Notes under the pieces: generated by a model
What the model saw: the letters and a program-made list of their open reading frames with translations, nothing else
Told to the model about the DNA's origin: nothing
Database searches by the model: none
Assembly: GCA_045630945.1 (NCBI GenBank)
Contig: JAZQTV010000108.1
Coordinates: 39,094 to 103,093, forward strand
Length of the DNA stretch: 64,000 nt
Direction of reading: 5' to 3'
From: Clostridia bacterium
Lineage (GTDB): Bacteria > Bacillota > Clostridia > Christensenellales > QALW01
In this document: positions 37,312-45,363 of the stretch, one piece after another
Position numbering within the stretch: position 1 is the first letter of the stretch
Layout: each line of letters starts with the position of its first letter
Made by a program: the position numbers and the translations under genes

Positions 37312-38064
37312 TTGACATTAAGTGACTGGATTTATAGCCGATACCCTGCAGACTCAGTTATTAACGGGCGTTGGGGAACGCTGCACATTATAACGGTGGT
37401 GGCGACCGTTGCCGTTATCCTGCTGATAGCGCTCATCTTTTCCAAGAAAAGCCTTAAAGTACGGCAAAACGTTATACTTGTTCTTGCGGCATTCATTCTT
37501 TTGTTTGAGCTTACAAGAAGATGTATAAATCTTTCAAGGGGTGGAGATCTTGCTTTCAAGGATTATCTGCATCTGCTTCTGCCGCGACCGTGGTGCGCTA
37601 TTTCATGCTGGCTCTTAATGGCGGCTTCGATTTTTAAGAAAACGCGTTTTTACAATTTCGCAAGCATGAACGCTTTAATTAACGCAATTATCTTTTTTGC
37701 TTACCCATCCGTTGGCTTTAACGACAAATACATACTTTTTGAAAACGTATATTCTATTACCACTCACGCACTTTTGCTTACTACCTCGATATCGTTGATG
37801 ACGCTTCATCTTACCGATTTCACATTAGGCAAAGGTACTATAAAGGAAGCCGTCGGTTTAGCACTTGTATTTGCCTATGCATTCATTGAAATATACGTTC
37901 TTAAGATAGAAAAAGATCCCCTCTACTTTATGCCCGACAATGAAGTTCAAGCGTTCTTAGGTGTTGAATATCCCCTGTTTTTAGTTATCTACGCAGGATT
38001 TTTAGCATTCTATTTCAGTGCGTTCTACATAGGGCATTGGTTATTACACAGGAAAAAGAAATAA
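37312..38064 (+). CDS. Polytopic integral membrane protein (possibly YwaF/TIGR02206-like)
   Basis: TTG start, about 7 hydrophobic segments. The family assignment is tentative. Confidence 0.4.
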   Translation: MTLSDWIYSRYPADSVINGRWGTLHIITVVATVAVILLIALIFSKKSLKVRQNVILVLAAFILLFELTRRCINLSRGGDLAFKDYLHLLLPRPWCAISCWLLMAASIFKKTRFYNFASMNALINAIIFFAYPSVGFNDKYILFENVYSITTHALLLTTSISLMTLHLTDFTLGKGTIKEAVGLALVFAYAFIEIYVLKIEKDPLYFMPDNEVQAFLGVEYPLFLVIYAGFLAFYFSAFYIGHWLLHRKKK

Positions 38065-38100
38065 AAAAATGGCGAACCAAACGGTTCGCCATTATTTTTA
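38063..38100. terminator. Bidirectional intrinsic terminator
   Basis: 10-bp stem atggcgaacc(38069-38078)/ggttcgccat(38083-38092), with an A7 run before and a T-rich run after. It lies between convergent genes. Confidence 0.75.
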
Positions 38101-38110
38101 TTTATGCCAA

Positions 38111-39901
38111 TTACTTCGTTGCTTTTTTACCAAGCATTTTGATAACGGACAATCCGCCTACAACAAGCGCAATACCGATTGCAAGTAATACGATTGCATT
38201 CTGTATGAATGCCGCAATAAGATACATTACAAACGATATTACCGCTACGTATATTGCATAGGGAAGCTGTGTTGAAACGTGGTTTACGTGGTTTGAACGG
38301 CTTCCTGCCGAGGACATAATGGTGGTATCTGAAATTGGTGAGCAATGGTCACCGCAAACAGCGCCTGCAAGACAAGCTGAAATACCGATTATAAACATTT
38401 CGCTTGTGGGCTCAAACATAGTGATAACGATGGGAATAAGTATACCGAACGTACCCCATGAAGTACCAGTTGAGAAAGCAAGCACGCAAGCAACAACGAA
38501 TATGATTGCAGGCAGGAAGTTAGCAAGACCGGGTGCAGCGGAGCTCATAATTGCTTCAACAAAGTCTGCCGCGCCTAAAAGGCCTGTCATTTCCTTAAGT
38601 GCAGTTGCAAAGGTAAGTATAAGTATTGCAGGTACCATAGCCTTAAAGCCCTTGGGAATGCATTCCATAGCCTCTTTAAAGGTAACGATACGGCGTAGCA
38701 TAAGATAAATAACGGTAAATACAAGCGCGATAATTGCACCCCAAGGCAAGCCAACGGTTGCATCAGTATCACCGAACGCATCAATGAAGCTTGCACCTGA
38801 GAAGTAACCGCCAACGTAGATAAGACCGATTACCGAAAGTGCTACAAGCACGATAACGGGAAGAATAAGGTCAATAACACGTCCCTTGGGATTCTCTTTT
38901 TCAGTTTCAACGCTTTCAACTTTATCCTGTCCGCTTGTGAAAAGATCACCGTTTGCCGCATTAAGCTCGTGCTTCTTCATAGGTCCGAAATCAACCTTCA
39001 TAAGAACGATGCTTACTACGAAAACAAGCATTAAAAGTGAATAGAAATTATAAGGAATTGCACGGATAAACAGCTCGATTCCCGAATATGCGGTGCCTTC
39101 AGCATACTGTGATACTGCCGCCGCCCAGGAAGAAACGGGTGCTATCATACAAATAGGCGCCGCAGTTGCATCGATAAGGAATGCTAACTTTGCACGTGAA
39201 ATCTTGTGCTTATCTGTTACGGGAAGCATAACACTACCAACGGTAAGGCAGTTAAAGTAGTCGTCAATAAAGATAAGTACGCCTAAAATGAAGGTAGCAA
39301 TTGATGCGCCAACCTTGGATTTGATATGTGTTTCTGCCCATCTTCCGAATGCTGCAGAACCGCCTGCCTTATTAATAAGTGCAACAAGCGCACCAAGCAC
39401 AACAAGGAAAATAAATATACCCGCAGTACCTGAAACCGCCGAAATGATACCTGCGTTAAGCACGTTATCAAAGGCTTCAACAGGCTTCCAGTTTGCCGCA
39501 AGCAGACCACCTAAAAGTATACCTACAAACAGGGATGAGTAAACCTCTTTGGTTATAAGTGCAAGCACGATAGCAACAAGTGGCGGAACAAGTGCCCAGA
39601 ACGTTGCAAAATACTTGGGCTTTTCGGGGTTAAAATCTTCACCGCATACGCCGCAGAACTTTGCGCCCTCTTTGCTGGAATGATCTTCAGAGCAGGTAGC
39701 TCCGTTTTCAAATTCAGGTCCGTACAACGTGCCGCATTCAGTACAATAGCTCTGTCCAGCCTCTATCGTACCCTGCTGACACTCTGTGCAGGTTATAGCC
39801 GTGTTTGTTTCACCCTGCGCTGAGGCAACAACTGTCATCAAACACATTGCAATAAGCGTTATGGCAAACATAGCAAGGCTTCTTTTGCTAAAAAGCTTCA
39901 T
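38111..39901 (-). CDS. Na+/H+ antiporter NhaC-family transporter with an N-terminal signal peptide and Cys-rich double-zinc-ribbon extension
   Basis: The polytopic core resembles NhaC_C-type proteins. The N-terminus has signal-like MKLFSKRSLAMFAITLIAMCLMTVVASA, then CTEC..(11)..CTEC and C.....(13)..CGVC. Confidence 0.7.
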   Translation of the reverse strand: MKLFSKRSLAMFAITLIAMCLMTVVASAQGETNTAITCTECQQGTIEAGQSYCTECGTLYGPEFENGATCSEDHSSKEGAKFCGVCGEDFNPEKPKYFATFWALVPPLVAIVLALITKEVYSSLFVGILLGGLLAANWKPVEAFDNVLNAGIISAVSGTAGIFIFLVVLGALVALINKAGGSAAFGRWAETHIKSKVGASIATFILGVLIFIDDYFNCLTVGSVMLPVTDKHKISRAKLAFLIDATAAPICMIAPVSSWAAAVSQYAEGTAYSGIELFIRAIPYNFYSLLMLVFVVSIVLMKVDFGPMKKHELNAANGDLFTSGQDKVESVETEKENPKGRVIDLILPVIVLVALSVIGLIYVGGYFSGASFIDAFGDTDATVGLPWGAIIALVFTVIYLMLRRIVTFKEAMECIPKGFKAMVPAILILTFATALKEMTGLLGAADFVEAIMSSAAPGLANFLPAIIFVVACVLAFSTGTSWGTFGILIPIVITMFEPTSEMFIIGISACLAGAVCGDHCSPISDTTIMSSAGSRSNHVNHVSTQLPYAIYVAVISFVMYLIAAFIQNAIVLLAIGIALVVGGLSVIKMLGKKATK

Positions 39902-39929
39902 TAGTATTCCTCCTAATATTTTTTTAATA

Positions 39930-40802
39930 TCAACAAAAGACAGTTAAACCGCCTTTTATGAGCTTCGCTGTAAACGTAGGCATTTTAAAAAGCTCACCGT
40001 CAAGGTTTATTTCAACCTCAGGCGTTACGGTGCACTCAACCTTTGTGCTGTGATACACGTCTACGTACCGTGCATCCTCCTTAAGCCTGCCCTTCATAAA
40101 CCTGATAAGCAAGCCGGGAATGCGGTAAAGGGGCATCTTCTTAACAAGAACAAGCTCCATCACGCCATCGTCTATTTCCGATTCCAAGGAAATGGGCATT
40201 CCGCCACCGAAGTATTTGCCGTTTGCCATAGACATTATAAGGCACTCCTCGTTTATTTCCATTTCGTCATCTATCCGCATTGTGAACTTGCGGAATTTAA
40301 GTGTAAACAAGGTCATAATAAGAGAAACGTAATACCCTGCCGAGCCGCCAAGCACCTTGCGAAGCTTTTTCTCGCGTATAAGAATATCCACGTCAAAGCC
40401 TGTGCCTGCCACGTTAAGCGAGCGCTTACCATTCACTTCAATAAAATCAATGCACTTGGTTTTGCTGTTTATAATAGGTTCCAACTGCTCTTCAACAGTT
40501 TTTTTATCGGAAAACGAACGCATAAAATCGTTGCCCGAGCCCGACGATACAAAGCCCAACGGAACATTTGTATCAATACCGTTAAGCACCTCGGAAAACG
40601 TTCCGTCACCGCCAACGGCAACTATACCTGAGCAATCTTCCTTTTTAGAAAATTCACGGGCAAGCTGGGTTGCATGCTCTTTTGCGGCAGTATACGCCAT
40701 CTGAAAATCCACTTTAATATCGGCAAGGTACTTTTTTATCTTTTTACCGATTTCCTCGCCCTTGCCTTTTCCTGAAATTTTATTTACTATAAAATAGAGC
40801 AT
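39930..40802 (-). CDS. Diacylglycerol/lipid kinase family protein (YegS/BmrU-like)
   Basis: Likely start at ATG 40802 (MLYFIVNKISGKGKG). It has VAVGGDGTFSEV, GSGNDF and the C-terminal LDGE motif. Confidence 0.75.
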   Translation of the reverse strand: MLYFIVNKISGKGKGEEIGKKIKKYLADIKVDFQMAYTAAKEHATQLAREFSKKEDCSGIVAVGGDGTFSEVLNGIDTNVPLGFVSSGSGNDFMRSFSDKKTVEEQLEPIINSKTKCIDFIEVNGKRSLNVAGTGFDVDILIREKKLRKVLGGSAGYYVSLIMTLFTLKFRKFTMRIDDEMEINEECLIMSMANGKYFGGGMPISLESEIDDGVMELVLVKKMPLYRIPGLLIRFMKGRLKEDARYVDVYHSTKVECTVTPEVEINLDGELFKMPTFTAKLIKGGLTVFC

Positions 40803-40930
40803 GCTGCGTCCCCAATCATCAAAATCAGCATTATTATACAATTTTTTTACAGCTTCCGTCAATAGCTATTGCGCATTTTTTATTGCATTTACTTAAAAAA
40901 TAGCGTATAATTCATTACGAGGTGACTTAT

Positions 40931-41551
40931 ATGCCCAAAATTACCAAATTAGAAAGACAGAAGCACGATCCGGCACGGGTTTCCGTGTTTGTTGACGGTG
41001 AATATTCCTTTTCCGTTTCGGACGAGCTTATAATTGAATATAACGTTTCATCAGGCAAAGATGCTTCTTCTCTCCCACTTGACGTTATTATGCGTGAGGA
41101 TGAGTATAAGCGTTGTATTTCAGCCGCCTTTAAGCACGCTTCCGTTTCCGAAAAAACGGAAAAGCAGATGCGTGATTTTCTTTTAAGAAAGGAATTTTCG
41201 CCTCAGGCAATTGATAAAACAATCGCACGGCTTAAGGAGCTTGACTATATAAATGACCTTAACTATGCCGTTCAGCTTGCAGGGCATTCCTCAAGCGGTG
41301 TGCGTGCGTTAAAATATAAATTACGATCAAAGGGCGTAAGCGAAAGCGATATAAACGCCGCGCTCGAAAACGAAACCGAGGAAATGCAGATAGAAAAAGC
41401 ATTAAAGCTTGCAAAAAAGCAGATAGATAAATATTTAAAATACCCATTATATGAAAGAAAGCGCCGTCTTAACGGCTATCTTTTAAACCACGGCTTTGAT
41501 TTTGACGTGGCGGCACAGGTAATAGAAAAATTATTAAATGACGAGGATTAA
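40931..41551 (+). CDS. recX: Recombination regulator RecX
   Basis: ITKLERQKHDPARVSVFVDGEYSFSV is the typical RecX N-terminus, followed by three-helix repeats. The start is ATG 40931 after GAGG (alternative GTG 40922). Confidence 0.75.
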   Translation: MPKITKLERQKHDPARVSVFVDGEYSFSVSDELIIEYNVSSGKDASSLPLDVIMREDEYKRCISAAFKHASVSEKTEKQMRDFLLRKEFSPQAIDKTIARLKELDYINDLNYAVQLAGHSSSGVRALKYKLRSKGVSESDINAALENETEEMQIEKALKLAKKQIDKYLKYPLYERKRRLNGYLLNHGFDFDVAAQVIEKLLNDED

Positions 41552-41553
41552 AA

Positions 41554-42978
41554 ATGAAATACGTTGTAACGCCCAAGGAAATGCTTGAAGCCGAAAACAC
41601 CGCATTTGCTTCAGGACTTGAACCCTTAAAGGCAATGGATACCGCAGGAAATCATATATATGAATTTGCAAAAGCATTCGATCGCATTCTTGTTGTTGCC
41701 GGTGCAGGAAATAACGGCGGCGACGGCTTTAAGGCGGCTTGCGAACTACATAATTCAGGCAAAAGCGTAGACGTATTGTTTGTAGGCGACAAAAGCAAAT
41801 TAAGTGCCCATGCGCTTCATTTTTACGAAAAAGCTGTTTCGCTTATTACCGACGAAATTAAAGCTGATTACCAATTGGTTATAGATGCGCTGTTTGGAAT
41901 CGGCTTTAAGGGTACGCTTAAGGATGATTTTCTTGATGCCGTAAGGCTTATAAATTCATTTAAGGAAAAGGCGCACATACTTTCGGTGGATATTCCGTCA
42001 GGTCTTAACGGCTTGACCGGCGAGGCTGAAAATGCAGTCTGTGCTGATACCACGATTACGTTTCAAGCAAAAAAATTAGGACATATAATAGGCAAGGGCG
42101 CAGATTTTTCGGGCGAGCTTATCGTAAAGGATATCGGTATTGACCTAGCCTCCGCCGTGCTTTATCCCGAACCCGAGGACGTTGAATTAAATAAAATTGC
42201 CCCCACGGCACACAAGGGCACACAGGGGCATATAGGTATTATTGCAGGCTCATTGGGTATGGAAGGGGCGGCATTGCTTGCTTCCTCGGCGGCGATCAAA
42301 ACGGGTGCAGGCAAGGTTTCACTTGCAGTTGATAAGAATATTATAAGCAATTTTTCTCACCGCGCACCCGAAATTATGGTGACAAGCCGTGAAAGCACCC
42401 CCGATTTTATCAAGGATAAAAGCGTTGTGCTTTTCGGTTGCGGTATAGGCAGGGGTGCTGACAACAAGGAAATTCTTGACACCCTTATCAACAACTGTAC
42501 CTGTCCGTTGGTAATTGATGCAGACGGCTTGTTTTTCTTAACTAAGGAGCATTTAAGGAATGCAAAATGTCCCGTTATTTTAACACCCCATATGGCTGAA
42601 GCCGCACGGCTTTTTAATACGGATATTGTAACGCTTTTAAGTGCACCGATAGAAAATTGCCGTAAATTTCATCTTGAAACAGGCGCAACGATACTGTTAA
42701 AAAGCAATTATAATCTTACCGTTTCCTTTGATGGAATGTTCATAAGCCAATTTGGTTGTAAGGGAATGTCTACCGCAGGCAGTGGTGACGTGCTTGCAGG
42801 GCTTGTGGCAGGTGCGGTAAATCTTCAAAAAAATATTACCGAGGGCGTTTTGCTTGGTGCATATCTTCACGGCACGGCAGGACGGTATGCCGAAAAAGAA
42901 AAAACCGAATACGCAATGACCGCTTCGGATATAATAAACAATATTTATAATGCATTTAAAGAAAAAGCAGGGAAATAA
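41554..42978 (+). CDS. nnr: Bifunctional NAD(P)H-hydrate repair enzyme Nnr (epimerase + ADP-dependent dehydratase)
   Basis: The YjeF_N part has GAGNNGGDG. The carbohydrate-kinase part has HKGTQGH.GIIAGS..GAA and GSGDVLAG. Confidence 0.85.
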   Translation: MKYVVTPKEMLEAENTAFASGLEPLKAMDTAGNHIYEFAKAFDRILVVAGAGNNGGDGFKAACELHNSGKSVDVLFVGDKSKLSAHALHFYEKAVSLITDEIKADYQLVIDALFGIGFKGTLKDDFLDAVRLINSFKEKAHILSVDIPSGLNGLTGEAENAVCADTTITFQAKKLGHIIGKGADFSGELIVKDIGIDLASAVLYPEPEDVELNKIAPTAHKGTQGHIGIIAGSLGMEGAALLASSAAIKTGAGKVSLAVDKNIISNFSHRAPEIMVTSRESTPDFIKDKSVVLFGCGIGRGADNKEILDTLINNCTCPLVIDADGLFFLTKEHLRNAKCPVILTPHMAEAARLFNTDIVTLLSAPIENCRKFHLETGATILLKSNYNLTVSFDGMFISQFGCKGMSTAGSGDVLAGLVAGAVNLQKNITEGVLLGAYLHGTAGRYAEKEKTEYAMTASDIINNIYNAFKEKAGK

Positions 42979-42990
42979 CCCTGCTTTTTA
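42966..42990. terminator. Bidirectional intrinsic terminator shared by nnr (+) and the candidate cluster (-)
   Basis: agcaggg(42966-42972)/ccctgct(42979-42985), with T-runs available on both strands. Confidence 0.65.
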
Positions 42991-42992
42991 TA

Positions 42993-43841
42993 TTATAATT
43001 TTTTGATCGCATCAACCACAGTTTCGCCTGCGGGGCGTTTTTTGATGGATATGTACTTTTCTTCAAGGAATTCTGCGTACTCCTTAAGGAACGGATAGCC
43101 TTTTAATTTATCAAGTTCTGCCTTAAACGTTTCAAGTCCCTCTTCATCGGTGTGGTCGGTTACACCTATGAACTGATCGATAACGTCCTTAAATAGTTCC
43201 ATTTTTTCTGCTTCATCAGGTGTTTGGGGAATAGGCTGAGGCTTTGCAAGCTCAGAAAAGCTACCCTCGCACGCAGTACGAAAATGCAAGAGCATGGTAG
43301 TAGGCAACAGTTCGTTTTTTAAAAGATTTACAATGTTTTCTCTTTTGCCACCGTTTATTATGTAGTTTATCGTGGGAACAACTATATAATATGACTGCGC
43401 GCTTGAAAAATTGGAACGGACTCTTGAAATATTTCTTACCTCGTCCTTTGTAATCTCAAGCACCATTTCACCCTCAAACTCATAAACAAGTCCCGTTTTC
43501 ATAAGGGATTCTATCTGCTCACTAAAAGTAAAAAGTTCCAGTGTGCTATCAGGTTTTCTTACAGAAAGCATCATCAACGCAGATATTTCCGCATTACTAA
43601 GCACATAACCGAGCCAGTTTAAGTCATACTGCTTATAGTCTTTTTTTTCTAACTTTTTTGTATTTACCGCATAATATATTCCGTCACATTTTTTGCCTAT
43701 AACCTTTTCTTTTCTTAACATTTCCATCATCTGCCGTGCAACAGAATAATCACTTTTTAAATGAAATTGAATATCGGCTATCGATACTTTATCCTTGTTT
43801 TTCAAAAAGGCGAATATAATTTTTTTAATTCCTTCTTCCAT
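42993..43841 (-). CDS. Winged-helix (FtsK-gamma/MarR-like wHTH) domain protein, remainder unknown
   Basis: N-terminal VSIADIQFHLKSDYSVARQMMEMLRKEKVIGKK.DGIYYAV has wHTH character. The 200-aa C-terminal part matches no family I recognise. AAGGAGG RBS. It is the last gene of the cluster. Confidence 0.45.
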   Translation of the reverse strand: MEEGIKKIIFAFLKNKDKVSIADIQFHLKSDYSVARQMMEMLRKEKVIGKKCDGIYYAVNTKKLEKKDYKQYDLNWLGYVLSNAEISALMMLSVRKPDSTLELFTFSEQIESLMKTGLVYEFEGEMVLEITKDEVRNISRVRSNFSSAQSYYIVVPTINYIINGGKRENIVNLLKNELLPTTMLLHFRTACEGSFSELAKPQPIPQTPDEAEKMELFKDVIDQFIGVTDHTDEEGLETFKAELDKLKGYPFLKEYAEFLEEKYISIKKRPAGETVVDAIKKL

Positions 43842-43865
43842 ATAAGTCCTCCTTTTTAAGAAAAC

Positions 43866-43887
43866 ACGTGGCGAATTATCGCCACGT
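43866..43887 (-). terminator. Internal hairpin (attenuator / partial terminator) between the Card1-like and wHTH genes
   Basis: Perfect 9-bp stem acgtggcga/tcgccacgt with a 4-nt loop. On the minus strand it is followed by GTTTTCTT and then the RBS of the next gene. Confidence 0.45.
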
Positions 43888-43889
43888 CT

Positions 43890-45125
43890 TTATCTTGACT
43901 TCAAGCCCGCCATAATCTTCAAGAGCTCTTTTTCATTTTTATCGGTAATATTATCTATAACTATTATGCCCATATCCTCAGCACGTTGACGGATGTACTT
44001 GCCTGTTTCATCCATTGCGTCAAGCGCAGTTGCAATAAGCACCTTTTTGGCGTACTTTCCGCCAAAGCGATGCGCAACGGTATTAAGCTTATAAAGCTCC
44101 TCCGCATCGAACGCACCGTTCTTACAGGAAATAAACATAGGCCAGATTCCGCGCATAGCGAGAATATCGATCTCGTTTTCAGTTTCGTATTTAACGTTTA
44201 AAATACCGTCCCAATCAATGCTTACACCGTTTACAACGTCATTGTACATTCTGTTGTTTTTATTATCGGTAGCTTGCTTAACGTAGTGGAACACTATCAT
44301 TTCAAGCACCTGACCTGCCTTGGTAAGACATTTTTTGACCTGCGGATTTTTAAACGTTATTTTGAATTCCGTTTCGTTTGAAGAATATGCGGTAATAACG
44401 CCTGCCTTTTTAAGTGCGGTGATTATATCCTTAAACTCAACGTATTCTTTATTTTTAAGCTGTCTTATAAGCCTGCTGTGCGAAATGCTGATGCTAAGTT
44501 CATTATCGACTGCGCATTCGCTTGCCGCCTGAAATACGTTTATCTGGGTATTCCACTTGCGCACGTCCGTCTTGCAGATATCCCACATTCTTTTGATATC
44601 CTCAACGAACTCACCGTCCATCAGCCACTCGTAAGTACCACGTGAAAACACGTTATTAGTATATTTGATATTTCCACCGTAAATGCGGATATTATCCCTT
44701 ACCGTGATAGCGGGGATACCCTCGGTAACAACGGTAATACCGTCTCTGTCACAATCTTCAACAGTACTGTTTCTTATGTTAAAGCGATGCATCTGTATGT
44801 GGCGCTCCTTATATTTCTCGCTTATTATACCAACCGCCACAAGATACAGGTCTTCACCGCCTGTAAGATCAAATATGCAATCAGGTTCCTCATCCACGAT
44901 TTTAGAAAGCGCATCCACGATACTGTCAAGCTTTTTGGAATCAAGGGGCATAGGAACAAAATCAATATGCTTGTCTCTGTCGGCAAAAAAGCTTTCGTAC
45001 AATTCCGTCTGCTTTATCAATTCCTCACGCCTGTTGCCTATTAAAATTACCTTTTCAGGTGCTTTTGCAAGACAGGCAACAATATTTTCGGTTGCGTTTT
45101 TATCAAAGAACTCAATATACGTCAT
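43890..45125 (-). CDS. Card1/Can2-like CARF + PD-(D/E)xK nuclease-fold protein (DUF1887 family), not CRISPR-associated here
   Basis: Start taken at ATG 45125 (MTYIEFFDKN), 1 nt after the anti-sigma stop. The CARF-like N-domain has ...VILIG... and FDLTGGEDLYLVAVG (compare the NxTGGTK loop of Card1). The C-domain has KAGQVLEMIVFHYV, NEIDILAM...(11)...FISCKNG and LYKLNTVAHRFGGKYAKKVLIAT. These parallel Card1 segments GGWFEEYVY, NELDVIYL...VIECKS and LYKLQAI..KFGLYVK as I recall them. Confidence 0.75.
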   Translation of the reverse strand: MTYIEFFDKNATENIVACLAKAPEKVILIGNRREELIKQTELYESFFADRDKHIDFVPMPLDSKKLDSIVDALSKIVDEEPDCIFDLTGGEDLYLVAVGIISEKYKERHIQMHRFNIRNSTVEDCDRDGITVVTEGIPAITVRDNIRIYGGNIKYTNNVFSRGTYEWLMDGEFVEDIKRMWDICKTDVRKWNTQINVFQAASECAVDNELSISISHSRLIRQLKNKEYVEFKDIITALKKAGVITAYSSNETEFKITFKNPQVKKCLTKAGQVLEMIVFHYVKQATDNKNNRMYNDVVNGVSIDWDGILNVKYETENEIDILAMRGIWPMFISCKNGAFDAEELYKLNTVAHRFGGKYAKKVLIATALDAMDETGKYIRQRAEDMGIIVIDNITDKNEKELLKIMAGLKSR

Positions 45126-45126
45126 T

Positions 45127-45363
45127 TTATTCTTTTGCTTCCAATTCCTCAATCATTGTTTTTTCGTCTTCATCAAAGACTTCGTTTATATCGCAAACGG
45201 CACCAATACCGTTCAAGCCGTCGTGTACGTTCTGAAATGCGCGAACCTTGTTAAAGCAGGTCTGACACCGCAAAATATGTGTGGTAACCTTTGATGCAAG
45301 CTCGCAATCAACCTTTTCGGTGCTAACAAAATCTATTATTTCATCAATTGTCAGATGTTTCAT
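45127..45363 (-). CDS. Small soluble anti-sigma factor, zf-HC2 (ZAS) type
   Basis: 78 aa. MKHLTIDEIIDFV.....HILRCQTC gives an exact H-x3-C-x2-C motif. No TM helix. It overlaps the upstream sigma-like gene by 20 nt. Confidence 0.6.
   Translation of the reverse strand: MKHLTIDEIIDFVSTEKVDCELASKVTTHILRCQTCFNKVRAFQNVHDGLNGIGAVCDINEVFDEDEKTMIEELEAKE

Noticed and set aside
40050-40704. Plus-strand ORFs of 193 aa and 115 aa
   Set aside because: They lie antisense within the diacylglycerol-kinase-family gene, with no RBS and no recognisable motifs.
44683-45294. 203-aa plus-strand ORF opposite the Card1-like and anti-sigma genes
   Set aside because: It is a shadow ORF with Ser/Ile/Phe-rich composition. 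The minus-strand frame has strong family motifs and tight translational coupling.
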